From NCBI GenBank assembly GCA_963746875.1, contig CAVVDA010000005.1, positions 80,390 through 144,389 of the forward strand: DNA of 64,000 nucleotides, written 5' to 3'. Below, piece after piece: positions 19,804 through 28,736 of the stretch. Position numbers and translations under genes: made by a program. The notes under the pieces were generated by a model that saw nothing but the letters and a program-made list of their open reading frames with translations, did no database searches and was not told the DNA's origin. Position 1 is the stretch's first letter, and every line of letters begins with the position of its first letter. The stretch is from Thermoanaerobaculia bacterium. GTDB lineage: Bacteria > Acidobacteriota > Thermoanaerobaculia > UBA5066.

Positions 19804-20620
19804 TCATTGGGGACGGTCGAGGCCGCCGGCCGAAGTCGGCGGGCCGGGATGATCGTGAAAAGAGGCGAGAGCGGCGGCCAGCGTCCCGTCGCGGAAGGAC
19901 GCGAGGGCGGATTCCTTCTCTCGCGCGAGGCCGTCCTCGAGGCGTGAGAGACGATCCTTCGAAGCGAGGGCGCGCTTGGCGGCGGCGAGAGAGGCGATCG
20001 GCCGTTCGGCGTACTGCGCCGCGCGCTGGAGCGCGAGAGACAGCGCAGGGCCGTCCTCGGCGACGAGGTCCACGAGGCCGAGTTCACGGGCGCGGGCGGC
20101 CGAGAGCGTCTCGCCCGAGAACGCGACGTCGGCGGCGGCCGAGGGCGACGCGAGGAGCGGGAGGAAGACGCTCGCGCCCGCCTCGAGCGCGGGAAAGAGC
20201 GGCGAAAGGCCGAATGCGGCCTCGTGTGGCGGGCTGCCGCGCGCGATCCGCTGATCGCACGCGAGCGCGAGCGAGAAACCGGCGCCGAAGGCCGGGCCAT
20301 CCACGGCCGCGAGGATCGGCCGCGGCGCCGACGCGAGCGCCCGTGCGGCCCGTGCGAGCGCGTCGAGCTGAGAGGCGAAGCCCTCCTCGTCGCCGAGCGC
20401 GACGAGAGCCGCGAGCAGGTCCGGGTCGAGTCCCGATGGAGAAGGCGTCCCCGAGGCCGCGTCAGGACGATGGCCGGAACCGTCGGATCCTCCGCGAGCG
20501 CCGCCACGGTGTCCGCGAGCATCTCGGCCATGTCTCCCGCGAAGGCGTTTCCCGCCGCCGGCCTCGCGAGCTTCACGACGGCGAGCGGGCCTTCGAGGGA
20601 GACGAAGACGAGCGGCTCAC
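19804..20620 (-). CDS. Enoyl-CoA hydratase/isomerase (crotonase) family protein; frameshifts, 5' boundary ambiguous
   Basis: LVFVSLEGPLAVVKLARPAAGNAF (frame of ORF 19224..20726). Then ORF 19804..20304 (AAVDGPAFGAGFSLALACDQRIA oxyanion-hole region). A GTGA at 20617-20620 may mark the stop/start junction with the upstream gene. Confidence 0.65.
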
Positions 20621-21336
20621 CCGCTCGGCCGGCGGCGCGCGCCCGCGCGCGGCAGGCGTCGAGAAAGGTCTCGAACAGCGCTTTCTGCTTTCGTTCCGCG
20701 ACGAGGTTCTCGGGGTGCCACTGCACGGCGGCGACGAAGCCTGCCGCCGGGCCGCTCGAACGCCTCGACGAGGTCGTCCGGCGACGCCGCCAGCGGCACG
20801 AGCCCCGGCGCGAGGTCCTTCACGCCCTGGTGGTGGCGCGAGTTCACGGACGCGCCTTCGAGCGCGGCGACGGCCGACGCAAAGCGCGAGGAAGAGGGCG
20901 CCGGCCGCGCCCGGACGACGTGCGCGGGATGGTCCTTTCGGGTGTGCGGATCGACGTCCGTCTCGTGCGAAACGCCGCGCGCCCGCTGCGAAGGCAGGTC
21001 CTGCCAGAGCGTGCCCCCGAGCGCGACGTTCAGCGCCTGAAGTCCGCGGCAGATGCCGAAGACCGGCGCGCCGAGCTTTTCCGCGGCAGAAAAGAGCGCG
21101 AAGTCGAGCGCGTCCCGCTCGGGATGGAGCTCGAGAGTCGGCGTCGAGGGCGCCTCGCCGTAGAGCGTCGGCGCCACGTCGGCGCCGCCCGCGAGCAGCA
21201 GCCCGTCGAACGCGCCGGGGTCCGGGTCGCCCGGGGTCACGACGACGACCTCTTCGGGCAGGGCTCCCGCCGCGAGCAGGGCGCCGCGATACGTTGCGTT
21301 TGGCTGGTTCGCGTCGGACGCGATGACGATCTTCAT
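20617..21336 (-). CDS. Class I glutamine amidotransferase, gamma-glutamyl-GABA hydrolase (PuuD/peptidase C26)-like; frameshift near 20760
   Basis: ORF 20617..21336 (MKIVIASD, PVFGICRGLQALNVALGGTL with nucleophile Cys, NSRHHQGV). Then VQWHPENLV in the frame of ORF 19224..20726. Confidence 0.7.
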   Translation of the reverse strand: MKIVIASDANQPNATYRGALLAAGALPEEVVVVTPGDPDPGAFDGLLLAGGADVAPTLYGEAPSTPTLELHPERDALDFALFSAAEKLGAPVFGICRGLQALNVALGGTLWQDLPSQRARGVSHETDVDPHTRKDHPAHVVRARPAPSSSRFASAVAALEGASVNSRHHQGVKDLAPGLVPLAASPDDLVEAFERPGGRLRRRRAVAPREPRRGTKAESAVRDLSRRLPRAGARRRPSG

Positions 21337-21409
21337 GGACGACCGAAAGAGGCTTTCCGGGCGGGTGAGCGCCGCGCGGGAGGCGCGGCCGGGCGATTAT
21401 AGAGACGAC

Positions 21410-22584
21410 ATGGGAACCGTGCCGCGGGTCGTCGTGACGGGAATGGGCGCCGAGACCGCACTCGGCCGCGGCGTTGACGCGCTCTGGGAGGGCGCGCTCC
21501 TCGGCCGGTCGGCGATCCGCCCGGTCACGCGGTTCGACACCGGGCGTTTTCACGCGCGGCAGGCGGCCCTGATCGACCGCGAGCGCGGGCCGGACGGCGC
21601 GGAGCTGGAGACGCTGTTCGCCCGCGACGCCGCGAACGAGGCGCTCGCGTCGTGCCCGGGCTTCGGCGGCGACCGCGCGGGAGTCGCCGTCGGGACGACG
21701 CTCGCCGGAAACGGCGCCCTCACGGAGTGGCTCGCGTCGCGGACGGGCGGAGCCGCCGCGCTCTCCCGAGGCGACCCGGGCGCGCTCTCTCGCGACCTCG
21801 CCGAGCGATCACGGCGCGCGAGGTCCCGTCTCGACCGTGTCCGTCGCCTGCGCGTCGGGCGCGGCCGCGGTCGGGCTCGCCGCGGAGTGGATCCGGGAGG
21901 GTCGCGCCGACCGGGTTCTCGCGGGCGGGGCCGACGCCATCTCTCCCTTCGTCTTCTCGGGCTTCGACGCGCTGCGCGCGCTCGCGACGTCCGTTGCCCG
22001 GCCGTTCGACACCGCGCGCGACGGCCTCACGCTGGGCGAAGGGGCGGGGTTCCTGCTTCTCGAGGAGGAGGACCAGGCGCGCCGGCGCGGAGCGGCGATT
22101 CTCGCGCGGGTCTCGGGCTACGGCTCGGGTTCGGACGCGCATCACATGACGCGCCCGGATCCCGAGGGACGCGGCCTGAGGAGAGCCGTCGAGGCCGCGC
22201 TCCTTCAGGCGGGCCGGACCGCCTCCGACGTGGGCTTCGTGAGCGCCCATGGCACCGGGACGACGTTCAACGACGCAATGGAAGAAGCCGCTCTGGCGCA
22301 TGTCCTCGGCGCAAAGAGCACGGTTCGTGCCGGTGAACGGGATCAAGGGCGCGATCGGGCACACGCTCGGCGCGGCGGGCGCTCTCGAGGCGATCCTCTC
22401 GGTTCTCGTCCTCGCGCGCCAGCGCGTCCCGCCCACGGCGGGCCACGCGGCTTCGCGTCCGGATTCGCCGCTCCTGGTCGTCTCCGGCGCGCCGCTTTCG
22501 CCCGCGGCGCCGATCGCCGTCGCGCTGTCGACCTCGTCCGCTTTCGGGGGCACGAACGCGGCCCTCATCCTGGAGCGCGCATGA
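21410..22584 (+). CDS. Beta-ketoacyl-ACP synthase (FabF/KAS II-like); frameshifts near 21820 and 22310
   Basis: ORF 21323..22336 read from ATG 21410 (PRVVVTGMGAETALG). ORF 21837..22889 (active-site VACASGAAAV, SAHGTGTTFND). ORF 22249..22584 (GAIGHTLGAAG, SAFGGTNAALILE). Confidence 0.8.
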
Positions 22585-23263
22585 GGCCGGTCTTCCTCGT
22601 CTCGGCGGCGCTCGCGAACGAGGGCGAGAGCGGCGCGTCGGAGGACGCGAATCGCCTGCGCCGGATGGACCGCTTCGGGCGGACGGGCTTTCTCGCCGGG
22701 AACGCGCGCCTTCGCCGCCTCGGGCGCCTCGCGTCCGGCGGATCCCGACGCGCGCGGGGGCGTCATCGTCGGCACGCGGCACGGCTGCCGCCCGGCGATC
22801 ACGGAGCACGCCGCAACGCCTCGCGGCGGCCGCGCGCGTCGAGGACCTCGCCCCTTCGGTCTTCGCGGCCACCGTTCACAACACCGTGAACGGCGAGCTC
22901 GCCATGGCCCTCGGCCTCGGCGGCGTTTCCGAGACGATCGTCTCGGGACGCACGGCCGGTCTCGAGGCCTTGATTCTCGGCGCGCGCCGCGTCGCCTCGA
23001 GCGACGCGGACCGCGTGCTCGTCGTCGCGGCCGAGGGCGTCGACGACGCGATGCGTGAGGCGTGGAAAGAGGAGAGATCGGCTCTCGGACCCCGTGCGGC
23101 GGGCGTCGAGCTGGTCGAGACGGGCGCGGCGGTGCTCCTCGAGGCCAAAGAGGAAGAGCTTGCTTCGGAAGGAGAGATTCCCCGCGCGCTATGTCTCCGG
23201 CACGCTTTTCTTCGAGCCGGATGCGCGGCGGGCGTCGGCGCGTTTCTTCGAATGGGTGAATGA
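22581..23263 (+). CDS. KS-like (chain-length-factor-like) protein without a recognisable active-site Cys; frameshifts, 3' end runs into repeat locus C
   Basis: ATG 22581 overlaps the KS stop (ATGA). MRPVFLVSAALANEG. Then ADPDARGGVIVGTRHGC. Then ORF 22886..23263 (VHNTVNGELAMALGLGGVSETIVSGRTAGLEALILGARRV, RVLVVAAEGVDD). The true stop is probably near 23160-23200. Confidence 0.55.
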
Positions 23264-23610
23264 GGTCGAAGCGCAGGGCGGGCGGAGACGCTGCGCCTCC
23301 AGCGGCCGTCATCGCTGTGTGCGCCGGATTACGAAGATTTCTTAGAAGGGGAAGAGGGAGACGCGCCGCGGATCGAACGATTCGGCGCCGCGGGCCTGTA
23401 CGAAATCGTCCGCGACGTTCGCTCGCGTCGCGCGCGACTGCGCCTTCGCCCCATTCACCTTCTAAGAAGATCCACCTTTACGTGACGCGAGACATAACAG
23501 GCGCGGTGGCGGCGGTCGCCCTGGAATCCCCATTCACCTTCTAAGAAAATCCACCTTTACGTAACACGAGACATCACAGGCGCAGTGGCTGCGGTTGCCC
23601 TGGAATCCTG
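23158..23610. repeat. Locus C (largest) of the dispersed composite palindromic repeat family
   Basis: TTGCTTCGGA at 23160-23169. GCTTTTCTTCGA at 23204-23215. Inverse cores at 23241-23265 and 23336-23358. Forward cores CCATTCACCTTCTAAGAA at 23451 and 23530. Confidence 0.8.
23451..23608 (+). repeat. Two tandem 79-bp units (about 91% identical), each headed by the forward core
   Basis: Unit 1 is 23451-23529 and unit 2 is 23530-23608. I counted 7 mismatches by eye. Both end in CCCTGGAATCC. Confidence 0.85.
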
Positions 23611-23616
23611 ATCTTT

Positions 23617-25341
23617 CTAGCGATTTCTCTCTTCCGAGAGCAGCTCGTCCGGCTGCGGGACGGTGGGAATCGGCTCCTTCGGCAGGGGCGCCCCGTCCCC
23701 GGCGGCGCAGGCTGCGCGCCACCTCTCCACGGCGGCGCGCAGCGGGGCGGGGCCCGGGTCGCGCTCGAGGGCCTCGTCGAGGAGCTGGCGCGCCCGCGCG
23801 CGGTTCCCGCGGCGCGCTTCGAGCTCGCCGAGCTTCGCCGCCGCTTCCGCGAACTCCGGAGCCAGCTCGTGCGCGCGCCCGGCGTCGCGTGTCGCCGCTT
23901 CGAGCCAGCCGTTCTTCCGGTCGCGCTCGAGCCGGCGCGCGGAGGCGAGAGCCTTTCGCGCGCGCAGGTACCGGCCGTGACCGCCGTCCGTGAACCAGGC
24001 GTCCGCGGGGATCGGTTCGGCCGTCGCGGGAGCAGGACCGGCGGCGCTCGCGAGGACGGCCTCGAGGTCCACGGGCACGTACGCCCCGAGCGTGTTCGGC
24101 GCGGCGGCCACCCAGGCGCGCCCGTGCGTGAGGTCGAGGACGATGGAGTGCGAGGCGATCGACGCGTCGATGGCGTTGCGGTTCCCGGGACCGAGATCCC
24201 TCCCGTCCTCGCCTCGCCGGTCCCGGAGGATGGCGACCGCGGACGGCACGTCGAGCCCTCCGCCGGCCTTCTCGAGCAGGGCGTCGAGGCGCGCACGCCT
24301 TTTTCGCGACGTCGATCCGGGCGGCAGGGAGCGCGCGCCCTGCCGAACGGCGGGGTCCTCGGCCTCGTTCGTCGCGCCGAGCGACGGACCCGCGGTCTCG
24401 CGCACCGCGAACGCGGAGGGGCTCTTCTCGACGACCGCGAGCCGGCCGGCTCTCGCGTCGCCGAGGAGGATCAGGTCGGACACGAGGACCTTCGCGGCGC
24501 GGATGCGGGCTGCGGCGCCGTCGAACGTGCTCTCGTTCCTGAGGACGTCCGCGAGGAGGAGCGACATGGGCGTGCCCGAGGCCGCCGTTTCGCCGCCGGC
24601 GATCGCCTGGATGGCGACGCCGATGCCCTCGCGGTTGAAGCCCGAAACGACGCCGAGCATTCCGGCGAACCCGACCGAAAGGTAGGGAATTCTCCCTTCC
24701 GGCACGACGATCGACACGAGCTTCTGGCGATCGAAGATGTCGCCGCCCTCGAAGTCGAAGTTGCGTGCGAGGAGAAGCGATCCGTCGGCGCCCTTCGCGA
24801 GAAAGCCCGTGCAGGCCGCCGCGAGAGCCGGCGCGTCCACGTAGCGCTGAGAGATGTCGTGCAGCGCGTGAAGTCCGAGGATCCGGCGATAGGCATTCCA
24901 GCCTGAGGCCGGCGGCACTCTCTCGTAGCCGTCCGCGAGCCCGGAGATGGAGACGAGGAGATCGTCCGGAACCTCGTCCGGCAGTCTCCGCACGCGGAGT
25001 GCCGAAAGCTGCCTGACGAGCGACCTCTTGAAGCCGCCGGGGACGAGCGCCGTGAAGAGCCGCTCGAGATGCGTCTCCTGCGAACGCATCCACGGCCGCG
25101 TGAGGCGGCCGAACGAGAACCCGAGGTCGTAGGGCGCGCCGGCGAACCGCCCGACGAGAATTCCCCCGGCCGCGCCTGCCACGCGGGTTTCCGCTACCCA
25201 CGAGCTGCCGAGCCGGCGAACCCCTCCGAGGACTTCCGGGGTGACGTCGGCCGCCCTCGCCGTGGGAGCGGTATCCGGCCGCCGCGGCGCGCAGCCGGGG
25301 AGGAGGATCGTGGCCGCGAGGAACGCGAGCGCGCGTTTCAC
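23617..25341 (-). CDS. Peptidase C45 / acyl-CoA:6-APA acyltransferase-like Ntn-hydrolase lipoprotein with a C-terminal helical-repeat tail
   Basis: In-frame part of ORF 23617..26022 from GTG 25341. Lipoprotein signal VKRALAFLAATILLPGC. Self-processing/nucleophile motif LAAACTGFLAKGADGSLLLARNFDF. TPR-like tail (AEAAAKLGELEARRGNRARARQLLDEALERDP). 574 aa with no frameshift. Confidence 0.7.
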   Translation of the reverse strand: MKRALAFLAATILLPGCAPRRPDTAPTARAADVTPEVLGGVRRLGSSWVAETRVAGAAGGILVGRFAGAPYDLGFSFGRLTRPWMRSQETHLERLFTALVPGGFKRSLVRQLSALRVRRLPDEVPDDLLVSISGLADGYERVPPASGWNAYRRILGLHALHDISQRYVDAPALAAACTGFLAKGADGSLLLARNFDFEGGDIFDRQKLVSIVVPEGRIPYLSVGFAGMLGVVSGFNREGIGVAIQAIAGGETAASGTPMSLLLADVLRNESTFDGAAARIRAAKVLVSDLILLGDARAGRLAVVEKSPSAFAVRETAGPSLGATNEAEDPAVRQGARSLPPGSTSRKRRARLDALLEKAGGGLDVPSAVAILRDRRGEDGRDLGPGNRNAIDASIASHSIVLDLTHGRAWVAAAPNTLGAYVPVDLEAVLASAAGPAPATAEPIPADAWFTDGGHGRYLRARKALASARRLERDRKNGWLEAATRDAGRAHELAPEFAEAAAKLGELEARRGNRARARQLLDEALERDPGPAPLRAAVERWRAACAAGDGAPLPKEPIPTVPQPDELLSEERNR

Positions 25342-26284
25342 GCGGCGTCGTCCCAGAAACGCGTGAAGAGGTACCACTGGTCCGGGTACGCGCGGATCGT
25401 CCGCTCCATCGACGCGACGAAACGCGCGAGCGCGGCGGTCACGGCGGCTTCTCCCTCCTCGCCGCGCGCGTTCGGCACGCGGATCGCCTCCTCGACGATC
25501 GTGCGATACCGCCCGTCGTCCTCCTGCAGGACGAAGACGGGGAAGATCGGTGCGCCCGATGCCTGCGCGAGGCGGAACGGCCCGACGGGAAAAGAGGCCG
25601 TCTTCCCGAAGAAAGGCATGCGGCGCCCCGTCCCCGAGACGTCGCGGTCGCCCTGCATGGCGACGAAGCCGTTCGACCGGAGCGCCCTCAGGATCGGGAC
25701 GGACGCGAACGGGGAAGACGTCACGCGGATTCCGATCACGCCCAGCGAGCGCCGGGCGCTCTCCCGGTGCGCTTCGACGACCGGCGAAGGATCCGGGACG
25801 TACACGGCATACGTCGTGATGCCGAGCTCGCGCAGGAACAGCCCGCCGAGCTCGAAGTTGCCGACGTGCGCCGTGAGCAGAATGGCGCCGGTGCCCTCGC
25901 GATGCGCGGCGGCGAGCTGTTCGTCGCCGATCCGTCTCGCGAGCAGCTTCTCGGGAGCGATGTCCTTTCGGCCGGAATAGCGGAGAAGGTCGATCCACGA
26001 GCCGCGAATGCCTGGAAACCATGGCGCGCGCGGTCTTCTCGACCGCGGGGATCCGTGGCCGGGACGCCGAGCATCTGAGCGACGTTGCCGCAAATGGCCT
26101 CGTGCACGTGCCCGCGCCGCCAGAGGGCCTGCTCCACCGTGACCGACGCGAGGCGCGCCACCCAGACGGGCGGTACCGTCCGCGCGATCCAGCGGAAGAA
26201 CGGGAACCAGAGCCCGAACGTGGCGTTTGCCAGGCTGGAGACGATCGTCTCTTCGCCGGCGTCTTCCACGGAGCCCTTCGTCAC
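25338..26284 (-). CDS. LpxL/HtrB-like lysophospholipid (lauroyl/myristoyl) acyltransferase; 2 frameshifts near 26030
   Basis: ORF 25736..26284 N-terminus (FGLWFPFFRWIARTVPPVWVARLASVTVEQALW). Then ORF 25338..26321 (ILLTAHVGNFELGG is the HX4D/E motif, MQGDRD, YPDQWYLF). Its stop overlaps the C45 start (GTGA at 25338-25341). Confidence 0.7.
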
Positions 26285-26315
26285 GCCGTGAGAATGCCAC
26301 GGCGGCGCGGGGCGC

Positions 26316-26321
26316 TAACAT
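26316..26321 (+). promoter_or_regulatory. -10-like TAACAT, 8 nt upstream of ATG 26330 (leaderless candidate)
   Basis: Sequence is TAACAT-cccggcaa-ATG, with no SD. Confidence 0.35.
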
Positions 26322-26329
26322 CCCGGCAA

Positions 26330-27349
26330 ATGAGAAAGCCCGTCGTCCTCATCACGGGAGCCAGCGGAGAGATCGGCCACGGCCTGATCACGCGCCTCGC
26401 CGCCGACGGCTCGCGGCCCATCCTCACGGTCGACCTCAAGCCGCTCGATGCCGAGCAGGGCCGTCTCGTCGCGCGCGAGTTCATCGGCTCGATCCTCGAC
26501 CGGACCGTCCTCGAGCGGATCCTCTCCGAGTTCGAGATCGACCTCATCTTCCACCTCGCGGCTCTCCTTTCCACGCGCGGCGAGTTCACGCCGGTGACGG
26601 CGCATCAGGTGAACGTGGAGGGGACGCTCAACCTCCTCGAGTTCGCGCAGAGCGAGCGCCAGTCGCACGGGCGGCCCGTCACGTTCCTCTATCCGTCCTC
26701 GATCGCCGCGTACGGCCTTCCCGACCTCGCGACGAAGTCCCGCGCCGGAAGAGTGAAGGAGGACGACTACAACCAGCCGACGACGATGTACGGCTGCAAC
26801 AAGCTCTACGCCGAGCACCTCGGCCGGTACTACTCGCGGCATTACAAGCAGCTCTCGTCCGAGACGGTGAGCGGCCGGGTGGATTTCCGATGCGTGCGCT
26901 TCCCCGGGCTCATCTCGGCGGTGACGATGCCGTCGGGCGGGACCTCCGACTACGCTCCGGAAATGATCCACGAGGCCGCGCAGGGGAATCCCTACGCGTG
27001 CTTCGTCCGCGAGGACACGCGCATCCCGTTCATGGCGATGCCCGACGCCGTCGAGGCGCTTCTCAGGCTCGCGGCCGCGCCCGCGCGGGCTCTCACGCGG
27101 CAGGTCTACAACGTGGGGGCGTTCAACCCCTCGGCCGGCGAGATCCGCGACCTCGTGCTCGAGGCCTTTCCCGGAGCGCAGATCACGTTCGAGCCCGACC
27201 TCAAGCGCCAGGGCATCGTGGACACCTGGCCCGCGGACGTGGACGATTCGGCGGCCGCGAGAGACTGGGGCTTTTCGCCGCGCTTCGACCTGAAGCGGGC
27301 GTTCGCCGAGTACCTGATTCCGACGATCCGGAAGCAGTACCAGCGGTAG
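26330..27349 (+). CDS. NAD-dependent epimerase/dehydratase (SDR) family, L-threonine 3-dehydrogenase-like
   Basis: ORF 26021..27349 read from ATG 26330, intact. VLITGASGEIG, YGCNKLYAEHLGRYY, DYAPEMIHEAAQG, FMAMPDAV, TWPADVDDSAAARDWGF. As I remember them, these closely resemble SDR-type threonine dehydrogenases. Confidence 0.7.
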   Translation: MRKPVVLITGASGEIGHGLITRLAADGSRPILTVDLKPLDAEQGRLVAREFIGSILDRTVLERILSEFEIDLIFHLAALLSTRGEFTPVTAHQVNVEGTLNLLEFAQSERQSHGRPVTFLYPSSIAAYGLPDLATKSRAGRVKEDDYNQPTTMYGCNKLYAEHLGRYYSRHYKQLSSETVSGRVDFRCVRFPGLISAVTMPSGGTSDYAPEMIHEAAQGNPYACFVREDTRIPFMAMPDAVEALLRLAAAPARALTRQVYNVGAFNPSAGEIRDLVLEAFPGAQITFEPDLKRQGIVDTWPADVDDSAAARDWGFSPRFDLKRAFAEYLIPTIRKQYQR

Positions 27350-28713
27350 CTAGTCCCCCGCCTCGTCGTCGCGATGGAAAGCGCCCGCGCCGGCGAGCGC
27401 GGGGTCGAGCTCGACGGGCTTCACCCACTTCTCGACGACGCTCTTCGTCCCGGGAACGCGGAGCTTCTCGAAGAGGAAAGAGAACTTCTCCTCGAGGCGC
27501 CTTCCGATCTCGGCGCGCACGGCTTCCGGCAGGTCCCACGCGGCCTTCTTGAACGGCCCGATCGCCTTCTTGCGCGAGCGGTAGAGGAACTGCTCGTCGG
27601 TGTCCTTCGGCTTCTTCTCGTCGGCGGCGTTCGCGTGCACCCAGGCGTACATCTCCTCGCGGAGCCCTTTCGGAAGCCCTTCGTACGTCATGTTCTGGAA
27701 CTCGGTCGCGAGGTGGACCTCCGAGGCGCCGTGCTCGGGGAACTGGTGGAAGTTCTCCGGCGCGACGGTGGACGCTCCGTGCTGGACCGCGCCGGAGAGG
27801 CCGTAGTCCGGCCTGGCGATCTTCGAGATGGCCTCCATCGCGTCGAAGTGGATTTCGACCTTCGCCACCGTCCCGTCCGGGAGAGGCGTGCCCTCCGTGC
27901 GAGGTCCCCGTGTTGATCGAGATCTTCGAGATCGCCCTTCATCCCGGGGGCAGCGCCGCGAGATAGCCGTCCATGAAGGCGCGAAACTCCTCCGGCGTGG
28001 ACACGTCCTTGCCCACCTCGCCGATCTCTCCGCCGATCGAGATCGTGACGCTCCTTCGGCTCGAGCGCGCGGATGAAGCGCGTGAAGTGCAGCGGCGTTC
28101 TCGTAGTTCTGCCGCTGCTGGAGGGCTTCGGTCGGCTGCGACATGTCGACGAGCGTCGAGGTGTCGATGTCGATGTTCAGAAAGCCCGCCGGGATCGCCT
28201 CCTCGATGAGCGCCTCGATGGCCCTCCTTTCGGCGCCGGCGTCCGCGGCGAACTTCTTCGCGTTCATCTGGAAGTGGTCGCCCTGGATGAAGACGGGCCC
28301 TCGATGTCCTTCCTTGATCGCGGCGGCCAGGACGACCGCGGCGTATTCGCCGGGGCGCTGGTCGGTGTAGCCCATCTCGCTCCGCGCGATCTCGAGGACG
28401 AAGGCGCCCACGTCGCGTGTCTTCGCCGCGCGGAAGACGGCGCGCGCGGCGTCGTACGTGAGCATGCGGAGGTTCATCGCCGGCGTCGTGAACCCGCCCG
28501 CCTCTCCGCGCCCCATCGCCGACGTAGAGGTCCTGGATGGAGGCAGGCAGAATGCCGAGGGCCGCGGCGGCCTTCCGGATGGAAAGGCGCGCCTCGTCGC
28601 GCTTCGCCGGCGTCGGCTGCGAAGACGGCGCTTCTCACGAGGGTGTCGATCGTGCTCTTCCGGAACCCGGACGGATCGCGCTTCAGCTCTTCCAGGACTT
28701 TCTCGACGGACAT
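27350..28713 (-). CDS. Class II (metal-dependent) fructose/ketose-bisphosphate aldolase family, long form; at least 4 frameshifts
   Basis: ATG 28713 ([26 protein letters not shown]). ORF 27350..28516 pieces ([71 protein letters not shown]). The middle section lies in other frames (GGEIGEVGK). Confidence 0.6.
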
Positions 28714-28736
28714 GACGGCCTCCCGACGATGCGATT

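Noticed and set aside
20600-20640. A true amidotransferase-crotonase fusion protein, since one frame stays open across the junction
   Set aside because: Both families are normally separate. A GTGA stop/start overlap motif sits exactly at the junction (20617-20620) in the other two frames. Indels are frequent nearby. I keep them as two genes, at low boundary confidence.
23451-23608. Tandem repeats as a CRISPR array
   Set aside because: There are only two directly abutting 79-bp units with no spacers and no cas genes. The units belong to the dispersed repeat family.
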